From NCBI GenBank assembly GCA_015234045.1, contig JADFWU010000001.1, positions 127,943-191,942 on the forward strand: 64,000 nt of DNA. Reading direction: 5' to 3'. Of this stretch, positions 47,794 to 59,837 are shown piece after piece. The number at the start of each line of letters is the position of its first letter. Positions within the stretch are counted from its first letter, which is position 1. The DNA is from Magnetococcales bacterium (GTDB lineage: Bacteria > Pseudomonadota > Magnetococcia > Magnetococcales > JADFWU01). A program made the position numbers and the translations under genes. The notes under the pieces were generated by a model. It made no database searches, was not told the DNA's origin, and saw only the letters and a list, made by a program, of their open reading frames with translations.

Positions 47794-48245
47794 GGGCCGT
47801 TGTCCAAAGGGTGCTTGAAGCATCGGTGATGGTGGATGGTGTAAGTGTCGGCCAGATTGATAAAGGGTGTCTTGTTTTTTTGGCCATTGAAAAGGGTGAT
47901 GGAGATGACCAGTTGGATAAGATGGTCAGAAAAGTGGCCCGTCTGCGGATCTTTCCCGATGATGCTGGTAGGATGAATCTATCTGTCAAAGAAGCGGGTG
48001 GTGCGTTGCTGGTTGTGTCTCAATTCACTTTGGCTGCGGATATGAAAAAAGGCTATCGCCCTTCATTTGGTAAGGCAGAACAGCCTGAATTGGCTGAAGA
48101 AATGGTTAAGCGTTTTTGCACTATCATCACCGATGAAGAGGGTATTGTTGTTGAACAGGGTCAGTTTGGTGCTGACATGAAAGTACATCTGGTCAATGAT
48201 GGGCCTGTGACCATATGGTTGGATTTTCCACCGATTTCTGCATGA
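47790..48245 (+). CDS. dtd: D-aminoacyl-tRNA deacylase
   Basis: MRAVVQRVLEASVMVDG parallels the E. coli Dtd N-terminus, and the SQFTL motif is present. The GTG start overlaps the upstream TGA (GTGA). Confidence 0.92.
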   Translation: MRAVVQRVLEASVMVDGVSVGQIDKGCLVFLAIEKGDGDDQLDKMVRKVARLRIFPDDAGRMNLSVKEAGGALLVVSQFTLAADMKKGYRPSFGKAEQPELAEEMVKRFCTIITDEEGIVVEQGQFGADMKVHLVNDGPVTIWLDFPPISA

Positions 48246-48290
48246 TTTTCATTTCCTTATAGAAATATTCCTCTGTGAGTTTGTTTCCGC

Positions 48291-50420
48291 TCATATCTTA
48301 TTCTGTCCAATCTGGGCACTGATTCTCTGAATTTCTTCAATGAGGTGTTTTTTCTTGATGGGTTTGACCAGATGAGCATCGCATCCGACAGCTAGGCTTT
48401 TGCGTTTTTCTGATGCAAGGGCGTGAGCGCTCAGGGCGATGATAGGCAGTGGGGGGTGTCCCAGTTTTTTTTCCCAGGCACGGATCTTTCTTGTCGCCGA
48501 ATAGCCATCCATGACAGGCATCTGAATATCCATAAGTACCAGGTCAATGCCGCCTTTTTTGATGCGTTCGACTGCTTCCAGGCCATTGACGACACCCTCC
48601 AATTGCCAGGGTGTTTTCTTGAGGTACGTTTGAATGAGAATTTGGTTGTCCTCTGAATCTTCTACAAGGAGAATATTCATGGGTAAAAGGGCAAGGGATT
48701 GTGACAGGGGATTATCATGCGGTGAGGATGCTGGGGTTTCGGTAGGGGGTAGTGGGAGAGTGATATGGAAGGTTGAGCCTTGATTTAGCGTACTCTCTAC
48801 GCTGATGGAGCCGTCCATCATTTCCACCAGATTATGTGAAATAGCCAATCCCAAGCCCGTACCGCCGTAACGTCGTGAAATACTGGAATCCGCCTGGGTA
48901 AATTTGTCGAAGACCTGCGCCAGATGTTCCGGAGCAATTCCCACACCGGTATCAGTGATTGAGAGATTAAATTGTTTGGTCGAATGGTCATAGTGCACAT
49001 TAAAGGTAATTTGGCCCTTATCGGTAAATTTAACCGCATTGGTCAATAGGTTCATCAAAATCTGTCGTAGGCGCCCTTCGTCACCCATCACCCAAGGGGG
49101 AAGGTGTGTCATCTTATTGTAGGTGAAGACCAATCCCTTCTCTTCTGCTTGGATTCTCATAATATTGATGATTAAAGAAAACAGGGCTCCGGGTTGGAGT
49201 GGTCGTTGCTCCAATTGGACTGCGCCAGCCTCTATCTTGGAAAGGTCGAGTATATCATTGATCAAAGTGATAAGGTGGTCGCCGGCCTTGTTGACCATGG
49301 ACAGCTGATCCCGTTGTTCATCGGTCAAGATGCTTTCTTGTAAAACATCGCTCATGCCAAGGAGTACGTTAAGGGGAGTTCGGATCTCGTGACTCATTAC
49401 GGCCAGGAATTCACTTTTTGCCTGATTGGCTTTACGGACTTCTTCAATGGCTTTAGTCTGAGCTGCTTGTGCTTTCTCCTTAGCTACCCTGTCCTGACGG
49501 GCTGTGATGATCTGGGCGCAGGCTGATACCACTGGTGTGATGGTTTTTAGTAGTGTTTCATCATAGCCACCGGCACGATTGGCCAAGCCGATTTCTCCGA
49601 CCAATAGGTCGCCATATTTGACAGGGATGCCCAGGAAAGCGTGGAGTTTCGGGTGTCCCAATGGTGTACCTTTGCTGCGTGGATCTTGTTCTGGATTGTT
49701 GGCAATAACTGGTTTTCCGCTGGTGATAACATGGCCGATGAGGTTATTCAGATTGGTGAAAATCAACCCTTTGGTTTGGCTCTCATTGTAGATACGTCTT
49801 GTCTCTTCATTCCAAGAGACATTGGAAAAAGCATGTAATTTCAGAAATGGTTTGTCCTGGTCATCTTTTAAGACATCGCCGATGAAACCATATTCGCTTT
49901 CGGTGAGGGTCAGAATATCCCTGAGAAGCGCATCGAACATTGCTAATGGATTGGATTCGCGGATGAAATGCTCACGCAACCTGTCGATACATTCAATGAT
50001 ATTGGTTTTTTCCTGCAAGGATTTGATGATTTCTTGACGTTCAATGGCGTAATGGATGGCTCGAGAGAGTGTCAAGGAGGTGAGTTCATTCTTGGAGATA
50101 TAATCCTGGGCACCTTCTGTGATTGCGTTAAGACTTACGGATTTGTCCGTATGGCCTGTCAAAACCACGATTGGCACTTTAGGCAGCCATTGATGGATAT
50201 GGCGAATGGTTTCCAGTCCATGACTGTCAGGAAGGGTGAGGTCCAGCAGTATGACATCCCAGTGGGAAGGGCTTGACAGAGCCTGTTCAACCTCAGCCAA
50301 GCTCTCGAACATATCCAGGGAAGCAACTTTTTGGTCGCTCTGTTGAAGAACCTCACGGATCAAGCGGGCATCTCCTGGATTGTCTTCTACCAGCAGAATA
50401 TGTCGTGCTTGGCTATTCAC
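48291..50420 (-). CDS. Hybrid histidine kinase (REC-GAF-HisKA-HATPase-REC)
   Basis: REC ([10 protein letters not shown]), a GAF region, HisKA ([11 protein letters not shown]), HATPase ([15 protein letters not shown]) and C-terminal REC ([10 protein letters not shown]...LMDIQMP) are present. The likely start is GTG 50420, overlapping the upstream RR stop by 8 nt. Confidence 0.85.
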   Translation of the reverse strand: MNSQARHILLVEDNPGDARLIREVLQQSDQKVASLDMFESLAEVEQALSSPSHWDVILLDLTLPDSHGLETIRHIHQWLPKVPIVVLTGHTDKSVSLNAITEGAQDYISKNELTSLTLSRAIHYAIERQEIIKSLQEKTNIIECIDRLREHFIRESNPLAMFDALLRDILTLTESEYGFIGDVLKDDQDKPFLKLHAFSNVSWNEETRRIYNESQTKGLIFTNLNNLIGHVITSGKPVIANNPEQDPRSKGTPLGHPKLHAFLGIPVKYGDLLVGEIGLANRAGGYDETLLKTITPVVSACAQIITARQDRVAKEKAQAAQTKAIEEVRKANQAKSEFLAVMSHEIRTPLNVLLGMSDVLQESILTDEQRDQLSMVNKAGDHLITLINDILDLSKIEAGAVQLEQRPLQPGALFSLIINIMRIQAEEKGLVFTYNKMTHLPPWVMGDEGRLRQILMNLLTNAVKFTDKGQITFNVHYDHSTKQFNLSITDTGVGIAPEHLAQVFDKFTQADSSISRRYGGTGLGLAISHNLVEMMDGSISVESTLNQGSTFHITLPLPPTETPASSPHDNPLSQSLALLPMNILLVEDSEDNQILIQTYLKKTPWQLEGVVNGLEAVERIKKGGIDLVLMDIQMPVMDGYSATRKIRAWEKKLGHPPLPIIALSAHALASEKRKSLAVGCDAHLVKPIKKKHLIEEIQRISAQIGQNKI

Positions 50421-50874
50421 AGCATTTATCCTCAGGTAGTTGAACCACTGTGAACCAGAAGGCCTCAATATTGGTGATTACTTTCATAAACTGATTGAAG
50501 TCTAAGGGCTTTTTGATATAGCAGTTGGCATGAAGGTCATAGGCCATATCGATATCTTCATTCGCATTGGATGTTGTTAATACCACCACAGGAATACGTT
50601 TTAGTGTCTCGTTAGACTTAATTTCAGACAACACATCCCGACCATCTTTTTTCGGTAAATTGAGATCCAACAGGATTAGATTTGGGCGGGTTGCTTGCTC
50701 GAAAGGGGGGTGACGCAGGAGGTATGACATGGCCTGTTCACCATCTTCAACATGATTTATCCGTAGAAGAAGCTTGCTTTCCTTGAAGCTTTCCTCGGCG
50801 AGACGCGCATCACCGGGATTGTCCTCTATCAGCAATATCTCAATGGGATTGACGTTCTGTCCGGTAATATTCAT
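50413..50874 (-). CDS. Single-domain response regulator (Rcp1-like)
   Basis: [25 protein letters not shown] and C-terminal FW..V.LP patterns are present. Confidence 0.85.
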   Translation of the reverse strand: MNITGQNVNPIEILLIEDNPGDARLAEESFKESKLLLRINHVEDGEQAMSYLLRHPPFEQATRPNLILLDLNLPKKDGRDVLSEIKSNETLKRIPVVVLTTSNANEDIDMAYDLHANCYIKKPLDFNQFMKVITNIEAFWFTVVQLPEDKCCE

Positions 50875-52424
50875 CGGGTTATATCCTGTTTAAACGGCAA
50901 AATAAAATAGAAGCGACTACCTTTTCCATGTGTAGACTCAACTCTTAGTACTTCACCATGACGCTTTACGATTCGCTTGCAGACGGCGAGACCGATGCCG
51001 GAACCAGGGAATTTAGTGCGTCCATGGAGCCGTTTAAACATGGTGAAAATCTGCTGCTGATCTTTTTTGGCAATGCCAATGCCATTATCACTGACGTTGA
51101 TTTGCCAACCTGTTTTGGTTTTTTCAGCAGTGATGTTGATCTCTGGAGGTGCATTACCGTGAAATTTGAGAGCATTGGTTAACAGGTTCTGCAAGAGCCG
51201 AAAAATCTGGTTTTGATCGCAATAAACCACGGGCAGTTCTGTCGCAACGATTTTGGCTCCGCAATCCTCAATCTGCAAGCTTAGATTGGCCGTTACATCC
51301 TTAATGATCGTGTTCATATCAGTGTTATTGAAGGTCTCGCCTTGAGTCTCAACCCGAGAGTATTGCAATAATCCATCAATCATGGCTGACATGCGGTGAG
51401 CACCATCCACTGCGAAATTAATGAATTCATTAGCATCCTGGTCCAGCTTTCCCTGATAGCGGCGGGAGATCAACTGAAGATAGCTGGAGACCATACGCAA
51501 CGGCTCTTGTAAGTCATGGGATGCGACATAAGCAAAATCCTGAAGATCACGATTCGATGCGTTAAGCCGTGCTTCCACTTGTTTGCGGGTTTCTATCTCC
51601 TGATTGAGCAATTCTGTTTTTTGCTCCAACTCCTGGGTACGGATCTGGACATGATGCTCCAGTCTGTTATGGGTTAAATGGATTTCATGAGCCATTTTTT
51701 CCATATTTCGAGCCAACGCGCCCAACTCATCCTGGCTATGGACACCTATCTTTTGGATCTGTTGTTTGTTGGCGATCAGTGTCGCGGCAGAATGCAATTG
51801 ATCCACCGGATTCAGTATGAATTTCCTGATTAATATGATTATCGTGATGGTGATTATGGCCATGACCAGTAATGCTACGGTGAGGGTGCTGTTGCGGATC
51901 TTACTCAGCGACGTTTGAATGTCCTGGCCATCCAATACCAGAATAATGATCCAGTTCCAGGGTTTGAACTGCTTGGATATGCAGATGATATCCTGTTCTT
52001 GCTTGGAATGGCGCAATAGTGTTTGGAGTCGGTGGGATGTGGCACAAATATCCAGTTGGCTTTTGAAGCCGGGTCTGATTTCGTCGCTGTTTGGATGCTC
52101 TGTTGTATGAAGGAGTTGGCCTTCAGGTGAGACAATAAACAGATGACCTTCCTGGCGGGCTGTGATCTGGTCAGCGGCTTTCATTGCTTCCTGTTGATAC
52201 TGGTTGACGAAAGAGCTGATCTCTGTGGCACCAAGTGTTTCCAACAGGTTATAACGATGGAGGATTTCGCTATGCACATAGCTCTCTAACATGGTCTTCA
52301 AGTAGAGCGATGTGGTTTGATTGACCATTTTGATCGCAGCATTGTAGTGCCACCAGCCCAGCCCGATGATGGCAAACAGTGGCAGTGGCAGTATTGCCAG
52401 CATTAATTTGGCTCTCAGAGTCAT
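50871..52424 (-). CDS. Sensor histidine kinase (2 TM, periplasmic domain, HAMP, HisKA, HATPase)
   Basis: TMs flank a ~150-aa periplasmic region. HAMP is present, then HisKA (VASHDLQEPLR) and HATPase (DNGIGI, GSGIGLAV). Confidence 0.85.
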   Translation of the reverse strand: MTLRAKLMLAILPLPLFAIIGLGWWHYNAAIKMVNQTTSLYLKTMLESYVHSEILHRYNLLETLGATEISSFVNQYQQEAMKAADQITARQEGHLFIVSPEGQLLHTTEHPNSDEIRPGFKSQLDICATSHRLQTLLRHSKQEQDIICISKQFKPWNWIIILVLDGQDIQTSLSKIRNSTLTVALLVMAIITITIIILIRKFILNPVDQLHSAATLIANKQQIQKIGVHSQDELGALARNMEKMAHEIHLTHNRLEHHVQIRTQELEQKTELLNQEIETRKQVEARLNASNRDLQDFAYVASHDLQEPLRMVSSYLQLISRRYQGKLDQDANEFINFAVDGAHRMSAMIDGLLQYSRVETQGETFNNTDMNTIIKDVTANLSLQIEDCGAKIVATELPVVYCDQNQIFRLLQNLLTNALKFHGNAPPEINITAEKTKTGWQINVSDNGIGIAKKDQQQIFTMFKRLHGRTKFPGSGIGLAVCKRIVKRHGEVLRVESTHGKGSRFYFILPFKQDITR

Positions 52425-53500
52425 TGGTGGATATCCAAAAATAGATTGGGTCCGGCCAACTCCAATAAATCAGAGGGAGGCAAAAAACCCAGATTGCGGA
52501 TTGCCGCAATGTTCAACCCCAAATCAATTTCTTTGGGAGGAACGATGGGAAACTGATTTGGAGATGTACCATTCAGAATGGCAAATGCCATAATTGCCGC
52601 TTCTTTGCCAGTAGCATCATCGCTGGGTGTAATATGTATCAGGGCACCCATATGGACAATTTCGAAATTGGTCCCATAGGCAACCGTATGGGAAGAGTGT
52701 TGCCGAAATTGACGAAGAAACTCCGGTCGTTCACCTAAAGGGCCGCTGGGATGCCACCAGTAATCTACCTGGTCTTCAAGTTCGATAATGTATTGATGTG
52801 TTTCAACCAATAATGCTGGAAGTTCAGCAGGAATCGGTCGATAAGGGATCTCTCGGGTAATGAAGGTCACGTTGTCGAAGGCTTTGGCTGCTTCTTTCAG
52901 AAGCGCGGCATCACCTTTGGCTGAGGGGTAGCTGGTATGAATGAAACCAAATCGAATCGGGCGGTTATGATTGTCACGATCGAGAATTTTAAGCACCACA
53001 CGAATTTTTGTTTTCCGATCTGCTGAGTGAACCTTTCCTGTGATGCCTTGAACATCCACTCTTCCCAGATTGGGTACGATTTTAGCGCCAACGGGATCAG
53101 AAACAGTAAAAAATATTTGGGGAATAGATCGATTCTGTAATAAAAGTTCATGGCACACCTGGGATGCCATAGTGGCACTGGTGACCACGATATCAACGGG
53201 TTGAGTGTTTAAAACCTTTTCCAACATGGTACGAGTACGGGCACGGTCACCGTTGGGTTGGAGTAGGGTTATGGTCAAATTTTTTCCATCCACATAGCCC
53301 ATTTCTTCCAGATGGTATAGAAAGGCCTTGGTATGATTTAAAACTGGAATGACGGGCATGCTTTGGACCAATACCAAGTGTTTCTGGGGCAATTGTGTTG
53401 TAGATTGGGGTGCTGCACAGACGCTGTTCGTTACCAGGGCAAGAGTTGCCCATAATAGTCCAATGATGAAGGTCTTAAGATCATCCGCTATTCGTTGCAT
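52421..53500 (-). CDS. Periplasmic ABC-type substrate-binding-like protein (PF04392-like)
   Basis: A signal peptide is present. LEEMGYVDGKNLTI and the overall pattern resemble the 'ABC transporter substrate binding protein' family that is often found upstream of kinases. No permease or ATPase gene is nearby. Confidence 0.55.
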   Translation of the reverse strand: MQRIADDLKTFIIGLLWATLALVTNSVCAAPQSTTQLPQKHLVLVQSMPVIPVLNHTKAFLYHLEEMGYVDGKNLTITLLQPNGDRARTRTMLEKVLNTQPVDIVVTSATMASQVCHELLLQNRSIPQIFFTVSDPVGAKIVPNLGRVDVQGITGKVHSADRKTKIRVVLKILDRDNHNRPIRFGFIHTSYPSAKGDAALLKEAAKAFDNVTFITREIPYRPIPAELPALLVETHQYIIELEDQVDYWWHPSGPLGERPEFLRQFRQHSSHTVAYGTNFEIVHMGALIHITPSDDATGKEAAIMAFAILNGTSPNQFPIVPPKEIDLGLNIAAIRNLGFLPPSDLLELAGPNLFLDIHQ

Positions 53501-53556
53501 CTTTCAACCCCCTTTAAATTGGATTGTAGATGAAAGTTCTCTAATATTTCATTCTG

Positions 53557-55257
53557 TTATACGCTGGGCAGTGTGAAATGGAACGAAGCACCTTGATTCT
53601 TTTCTGATTCAACCCAGATTCGACCGTGGTGGTGTTCAACAACTTTTTTGCAAATGGCTAAGCCAATACCTGTACCTTCGCCTTCGGTAGGTCCCTGAAG
53701 GCGGATAAACAACCCAAATATCTGGCTTTGATGACGCGGTGCGATGCCTTGTCCCTTATCTGAAATAATAAATTTGATCTGTTTGCCTTGCTCACTTGCA
53801 GTGATTGTTATCTCAGGAGGTGATTCCCCCGAATTTTCCAAAGCGTTGCGCAGCAGGTGATGGAATAGCAGACGTAATTCACCGGGATTGACATGGACCC
53901 AGGGAAGGTCGTTTATAACCACATTGGCCCCGGTTTGTTGTATGGTCTCCTGGAGTGCGGTTAACTCTTTATTCAGGGTTGCCCTGGTATCGACATCCGA
54001 GGAGGTCGCTGTGGGAACGCCCACTTGGGCGTAGACCAATAACCCATCTAAAAGCCGTTGCAGACGTTTGGCGCCGGAAACAGCGTAATCAATATATTCA
54101 CCTGCCTGTTTGTCCAGTTTTTTGCTGTAACGCTGGGAGAGAAGTTGAGTGAAGCTGGCGATGAGGCGCAGAGGCTCTTTCAGTTGATGGGCGGCAACCC
54201 GGGCATATTGGCGCAGTTCTTCATTGGAGCGGCGGATAGCATCTTCCGCTGCTTTGCGTTTGGTAATATCCAACAGGTTGATGACATAGTATTGGACCAC
54301 CGAGGCTCCGGTTTCCTCGTTGTTATCACTATCATAATGGCCATCAGTGCTTTCCAGAACCGGTTCTTCAACCCAGGTGATGTCCACATAGACGGGAAAG
54401 GTTGAACCATCACTGTGTACATGCCGTGACTCAAAGGTATGGTGGCCGTTGGCTCGGGCATTGGCCAAGTAGTCAACAACGGACTCCCGTTCTTCGTGGG
54501 TGAAAATTTCGGCAAACGGTCTTCCAATAAGCGCATCGTCAGTCATTCCATGCAAGCGGTTAAAGGCTGGATTCATCATCTCCATGAACGTGGTATTGGC
54601 ATCCACTACGCCCACGCCCCACTGACCAAACTCAAATACATGGGACCAGCGGCGCAGTTGGTCCTGATAACGGGCAAATCGCAACGCTACTGAAGCTAAT
54701 TCACCAAAAGTTGTTGCTATTTTGGCATCCTCATCGGTAAAGTCACCCTCTTTGTTGGCCATGCCGATAAGTCCAACGGTTTTGTCATTGAGTACGATAG
54801 GTGCAAACATGACATTTTTCAAAAAGACATGGCCTTCGGGCATAAAACGCATCCAATCACTTTTGAAAAAATCGTTGTCATATACAGCACTGTTGGTCTC
54901 ATAACAGACTGCCCGTAATCCACGGATCGGCATGGGAAGATTGGGATCTACCGTACAAGGCATGCCACCCGCTTCCAAAAACAGAACTTCATTCTCTTGC
55001 CCATCCTCTGACAGCATGGCTACATAACCAGAACGGGCACCGGTGAGTTCACAACAGGTGTCAAAAATGGATCGGGCTGAATCGGAAAATGTGTGGGAAA
55101 GGGGGATGGCTTTGGCAGCACGCAGCAGGGCTTCACTCTCTACATTCTTCTGGTGGGCGGTATTCAAAGCCAGGCGGGTCTTTTGTAGTTCGGCTAATAA
55201 TGCTTCGTGACTAAAATTAGAAAAGTCATCCAAGGTATGATGATCATTGGTAGTCAT
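53557..55257 (-). CDS. Cytoplasmic GAF-PAS sensor histidine kinase
   Basis: A GAF-like N-terminal region, PAS, HisKA (VAAHQLKEPLR) and HATPase (DKGQGI, GTGIGLAI) are present. No TM is evident. Confidence 0.85.
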   Translation of the reverse strand: MTTNDHHTLDDFSNFSHEALLAELQKTRLALNTAHQKNVESEALLRAAKAIPLSHTFSDSARSIFDTCCELTGARSGYVAMLSEDGQENEVLFLEAGGMPCTVDPNLPMPIRGLRAVCYETNSAVYDNDFFKSDWMRFMPEGHVFLKNVMFAPIVLNDKTVGLIGMANKEGDFTDEDAKIATTFGELASVALRFARYQDQLRRWSHVFEFGQWGVGVVDANTTFMEMMNPAFNRLHGMTDDALIGRPFAEIFTHEERESVVDYLANARANGHHTFESRHVHSDGSTFPVYVDITWVEEPVLESTDGHYDSDNNEETGASVVQYYVINLLDITKRKAAEDAIRRSNEELRQYARVAAHQLKEPLRLIASFTQLLSQRYSKKLDKQAGEYIDYAVSGAKRLQRLLDGLLVYAQVGVPTATSSDVDTRATLNKELTALQETIQQTGANVVINDLPWVHVNPGELRLLFHHLLRNALENSGESPPEITITASEQGKQIKFIISDKGQGIAPRHQSQIFGLFIRLQGPTEGEGTGIGLAICKKVVEHHHGRIWVESEKNQGASFHFTLPSV

Positions 55258-55571
55258 GATAGCTCCCCCTGCTGTTTTTCAACCATGCAGTAATCTGGTC
55301 TATATGGCTGTCAGAGCAGGACTGTATTAACGATATGTTAAAGTATATTGTGCACTATCAATTCAATAGTATTGAACTAATGGGTTAGAGATGCAAATGG
55401 AGATTGAGGTTCCCATAAAAATTGTTAATTCAGGCTCTTTCGAAAACGCTCAGATCTGCAAGAAATTTTACGGGGTTCAACTGTGGTTTGCTCGGTTAGG
55501 GATAGGGGTATTGTCTAGGAGGATTATGAAGCAATTAATTGTTATTAATAAATATATTTATTATTACTGTC

Positions 55572-58500
55572 TCATTCAATCGAGCCAAAACCGCCGCCGC
55601 CCGGTGTGCTGATCTCCAATGTGTCGTGGCAAGCGACTTCTCCTTGATACCGTCCTGGCAGTATTTCTTCTGTACCATCAGCGCGAATTAATCGATTGAT
55701 ACCCATTTTTCCAGGCTGGCCGCCATTGAGTCCGAATGGTGTGCAGTTACGCCGTTGAGAGAGTAGAGTAATGCTCAATGGCTCCAGAAAATAAAATCGC
55801 CTGACCACACCATCACCGCCATGCCATCGACCCAATCCGCCGGATTTGTTGCGTAGAGAGAACGCTGTCAATAACAGCTTGGGAAAGCGGTATTCCAATA
55901 CTTCCGGGTCGGTGATTCGGGTGTTGGTCATGTGGACCTGAACGCCGGAGGCACCGTGCGCTCCTTCAATGGCACCGGAACCACCAGCAATGGTTTCATA
56001 GTACTGTGTGCCTGTTCCATCAGGGCGACCAAACAGAAAGTTGTTCATGGTGCCTTGAGAAGCAGCGGCTACGCCTAACGCACCATACAGCACATCTACA
56101 ACACGTTGAGAGGTTTCCACATTGCCGCCGGAAACCGCAGCGCCAGGGCGTGGATTGAGTAGACTATCATTCGGTATACGGATTTCTATGGGATCAAGAC
56201 AGCCATCATTAAGTGGAATATCGTCCTGAATCAGGGTGCGAAATACATACAGAACTGCTGCACGAACAACGGCTTTTGGCGCGTTCAGATTTTCAGTATG
56301 GGTGGCACCACTCCCATTGAAATCTACGATTGCGTGGACTTTTTTGTCTTGGGTATCACGTGTGAGTGTGAGTGTTACGGAGATGATTTCACAGTCATCC
56401 AGATGATCTTTAAAGGGTTTGACCAATCTATCATTCTTGCCGAGTAGTCTATCCAATGCATGAGTCATTGCAGCGGCGGCATTCTCTCTCATATGGTCCA
56501 TATAGGCGGTGATTACGTCATCACCGTATCGATCACACAGGGTATTCAGTTCTGACAGACCACGATTGTTTGCCGCAATCTGAGCGCGAAGGTCAGAGAG
56601 GCGTTCAGAGAGATTGCGGGCTGGCCAGGGTTTGGTATTGAGGGTCTGCATGATTGCGGTTTCTTGCAGTTGACCATCACGCACCGCCAGAAGATTGGAA
56701 AATACCACACCCTCTTCAATCAAAGTGGTGGCAAACGGTGGCATGGAACCGGGTACAGTGCCGCCAATATCTGCATGATGGCCGCGACTGGCGACAAAAA
56801 AGGCGGGTTTTCCTTGACGAAATAGTGGTGAAATCACTGTTACATCAGGAAGGTGTGAACCACCATGCAGCGGATCGTTGGTGATATAAGCATCACCGGA
56901 TTGCAGTTTGTTTCCTTTGGTCTGGCTGTGTTGAATCAGAGAATAAACTGTCTCGCCCATGGCACCGAGATGAACCGGAATATGTGGTGCATTGGCAATC
57001 AATCGACCCTGTTGATCAAAGATCGCACAGGAAAAATCCCAGCGTTCCTTGATGTTGACAGAGTGGGCGGTACGGGCCAACGTTTCGCCCATCTGGCTGG
57101 CAATACCCATGAAACGGTGGTTAAACAGTGCCAATAGGATTGGATCATGTTTGGTTGTGACATGTTCTTGATATTGCTTCTGCTTGGTCAGTGTGAGCAG
57201 ACCATCACCGTTACGGCTGGCATCAAAGCCTGGTTCAACAACAATGACCGAATGGGGTTCGATAATCAGCGCAGGTCCGGTAATGATCTGATCAATTGGC
57301 AGATCATCCCGTTGATAGAGCGGTGTTGACACGGGGCCGTCACTGTCAAACCAGACGTGTTGATGCTCTACAGCGTGTAGTGTGTTTCCTGAAGTTATGG
57401 TCTGGCTTTGGTGTTGGTGGGTATTTTCAGAGATTAGAATCACCTCTACTCTGAGATTAACCAATTCCGGCGGCGTGTCTGAGGCACTAAAGCCATAATA
57501 TTGCCGATGCAGATTGCGAAAGCGTTGGATCAGGCGGGATGGATCACTATGAAACGGAATCGTCAGTGGTGTTTCAGTTCCAGGTGTGCGTAAGTCCACC
57601 AATATTTGACGATCAAAACGAGGCTGTGCGGCAGCGGATGTCATGACCAACTCTTCGAGGAGTTGTTGTTCCAGAGTATGACAGATGGTTTGTGCTTCCG
57701 TGTTGATTTTGTTCAGCTCAGTTGCACTGGTTCCCGTCATTCGGGTTGCAATGTGTTGGCGGCTGTGTCGTGCATTGGCAATGCCCCAGGCGGAGAGCAG
57801 GCCAGCCAAAGGGTGGATGCGTATTTGAACCATATCCAGAATTGACGCTATTGCACAGGCATGTTGACCGCCTGCGCCACCGAATGAGACCAGACCATGT
57901 TGGCGCAGATCAAAACCACGGGCTACAGAGAGCGCTTTAACCGGTCGGCTCATGGTCTCATTGGCAACTTGGAGAAATCCCAATGCCAAGGCTTCTGGAC
58001 TTAACTTATTACCTGTTTTTTCGGTGATAATTTTGGAAATCTCGATAAAACGAGTGTGAGAGGCAGTGGCATCCAGTGCACTATTACGTTGAGGGCCAAA
58101 GGCTTTGGGAAAACGATGGGCTACGATACGACCAAGAACAACATTGGCATCGGTAATGGTGGCGGGTCCGCCCAGGCCGTAACAGGCTGGACCCGGATTA
58201 GCGCCGGCAGAGTCTGGACCAACGGTGAGTTTTCGTCCGTCAAAGCTCAGAATAGAGCCACCACCAGCGGCAACGGTCTCCACATGCAGCATTGCTGCCT
58301 GATAGCGAATACCGGCGGTTTCCACCTCTAAAGTACGTTCCAAGGCACCATCATAGCGACACACATCGGTAGATGTGCCACCCATGTCAAAGCCGATGGA
58401 TTGACTATCTCCTGTGGTCTCAGCTAGAGCTTGAACACCAAGTACACCGCCCGCTGGACCGGATAAAATGGCATCTTTACCAGAAAATCCTTCAGGTGGC

Positions 58501-59264
58501 AGAAGCGTGCCGGCACTGCTCATGAAATGGATTGGAATATCGCCGGTCCATTGGCGAACCTGACGAATATAGCGTTTGAGAACCGGTGTCAGATAGGCAT
58601 CAACAAGGGTCGTTTGACCACGACCAACCGCTTGAATCAGTGATAGCGTTGCATGAGAAGGAGAGACCTGTTCAAATCCCGCATGACGTGCAATTTCAGC
58701 AGCCTGTTGTTCATGCTGTGGATTTTTCCAGCTGTGCAGAAAAACAATCGCAATGGCTTTAATACCGTGTGACTTGAATGACTGTAAGGCGGTTTTGATA
58801 GCATCCGTATTCAGGGATTCCAGGCACTTACCTTGAGCATTCATCCGTTCAGGGATTTCAGCTACAGCTTGGTAGAGTTTTTCGGTTTTTTTAATTGCCA
58901 GAGCAAATAGTTCGGGTCGTTGTTGGGTGCCAATTTCCAGAAGATCACGAAAACCTTTGGTAATTAACAGGCCGACCGGGCTGCCTTTGCGCTCTAGTAG
59001 GGCATTGGTTGCTACTGTTGTACCAAGCCGAATCCAGGCGACCTTACGCGCTGGTATGATCTCATTCTGACCTAAACCAAGCAGTCTACGAATACCTTCA
59101 ATGGCGGCATCCGGGTAGGTGCTGGATTGAGAAAGCAGTTTGCAGGCATGGTGCTGACCGTCCGGAGCAATGCCAATGATATCAGTAAAGGTGCCGCCAC
59201 GGTCTACGGCAAAACGCCACCGGTTGGAACCGGTGGCGTTAGTGGTATTTGTCTTGGTTTGCAT
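55572..59264 (-). CDS. Fused hydantoinase/oxoprolinase (HyuA-HyuB), ATP-hydrolysing 5-oxoprolinase family
   Basis: 1230 aa. The N-terminus [13 protein letters not shown] is typical of Hydantoinase_A. The C-terminal half is Hydantoinase_B-like. Confidence 0.9.
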   Translation of the reverse strand: MQTKTNTTNATGSNRWRFAVDRGGTFTDIIGIAPDGQHHACKLLSQSSTYPDAAIEGIRRLLGLGQNEIIPARKVAWIRLGTTVATNALLERKGSPVGLLITKGFRDLLEIGTQQRPELFALAIKKTEKLYQAVAEIPERMNAQGKCLESLNTDAIKTALQSFKSHGIKAIAIVFLHSWKNPQHEQQAAEIARHAGFEQVSPSHATLSLIQAVGRGQTTLVDAYLTPVLKRYIRQVRQWTGDIPIHFMSSAGTLLPPEGFSGKDAILSGPAGGVLGVQALAETTGDSQSIGFDMGGTSTDVCRYDGALERTLEVETAGIRYQAAMLHVETVAAGGGSILSFDGRKLTVGPDSAGANPGPACYGLGGPATITDANVVLGRIVAHRFPKAFGPQRNSALDATASHTRFIEISKIITEKTGNKLSPEALALGFLQVANETMSRPVKALSVARGFDLRQHGLVSFGGAGGQHACAIASILDMVQIRIHPLAGLLSAWGIANARHSRQHIATRMTGTSATELNKINTEAQTICHTLEQQLLEELVMTSAAAQPRFDRQILVDLRTPGTETPLTIPFHSDPSRLIQRFRNLHRQYYGFSASDTPPELVNLRVEVILISENTHQHQSQTITSGNTLHAVEHQHVWFDSDGPVSTPLYQRDDLPIDQIITGPALIIEPHSVIVVEPGFDASRNGDGLLTLTKQKQYQEHVTTKHDPILLALFNHRFMGIASQMGETLARTAHSVNIKERWDFSCAIFDQQGRLIANAPHIPVHLGAMGETVYSLIQHSQTKGNKLQSGDAYITNDPLHGGSHLPDVTVISPLFRQGKPAFFVASRGHHADIGGTVPGSMPPFATTLIEEGVVFSNLLAVRDGQLQETAIMQTLNTKPWPARNLSERLSDLRAQIAANNRGLSELNTLCDRYGDDVITAYMDHMRENAAAAMTHALDRLLGKNDRLVKPFKDHLDDCEIISVTLTLTRDTQDKKVHAIVDFNGSGATHTENLNAPKAVVRAAVLYVFRTLIQDDIPLNDGCLDPIEIRIPNDSLLNPRPGAAVSGGNVETSQRVVDVLYGALGVAAASQGTMNNFLFGRPDGTGTQYYETIAGGSGAIEGAHGASGVQVHMTNTRITDPEVLEYRFPKLLLTAFSLRNKSGGLGRWHGGDGVVRRFYFLEPLSITLLSQRRNCTPFGLNGGQPGKMGINRLIRADGTEEILPGRYQGEVACHDTLEISTPGGGGFGSIE

Positions 59265-59306
59265 AAAAAAGCGTGTATCCGATAGGTAGATGCACTGCTT
59301 GAAGGA

Positions 59307-59837
59307 TTAACTCTTTGTGGATTTTGATATACCAGGCGTACTGGCTGCACCCACCGTACCGACATTGGGTAGTGGTGGTGGTGTCAATCGGCCTGTGTCA
59401 CTCTTGTTCTTGTCGTTTTTATCGTCTTTCTGTTTATCTGCCTTGGTCGCAGCTTTCTGAGCGGTGTCTGCTGTTTCTTTACCTGTCTCTTTCAACTGGC
59501 TTTCACCTTGAAACAGGCTTCCACGTTCGATAACCAAAACACGGGAAGAGATGTTACCTGAAACATTACCACCAGATAGAATCTCTATTTCACCGCAATC
59601 AGCGGTGCCTTCAAAACGACCGGTAACAATCAGTTTCTTGGAATGAATCTCACCGTCAACTTTACCTGTTTTACCAATGGTAATCAGGCTGTTGGAACGA
59701 ATCTGGCCAGAGAATTCTCCATCCACATGTAGTTTGCATTCAATGGAGATCTCACCTGTTATTTTTGTGCCAGCTGCAATGACGGTGGTGTTGGATTTGT
59801 CAATTTTCGGTTCACTAGCTTTATTAAAGATTGCCAT
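59307..59837 (-). CDS. Bactofilin
   Basis: The beta-helical repeat pattern is present (TVIAAGTKITGEI...LHVDGEFSGQI...VDGEI...VTGRFEG...). The N-terminus MAIFNK is followed by a Lys/Asp-rich disordered tail. Confidence 0.85.
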   Translation of the reverse strand: MAIFNKASEPKIDKSNTTVIAAGTKITGEISIECKLHVDGEFSGQIRSNSLITIGKTGKVDGEIHSKKLIVTGRFEGTADCGEIEILSGGNVSGNISSRVLVIERGSLFQGESQLKETGKETADTAQKAATKADKQKDDKNDKNKSDTGRLTPPPLPNVGTVGAASTPGISKSTKS

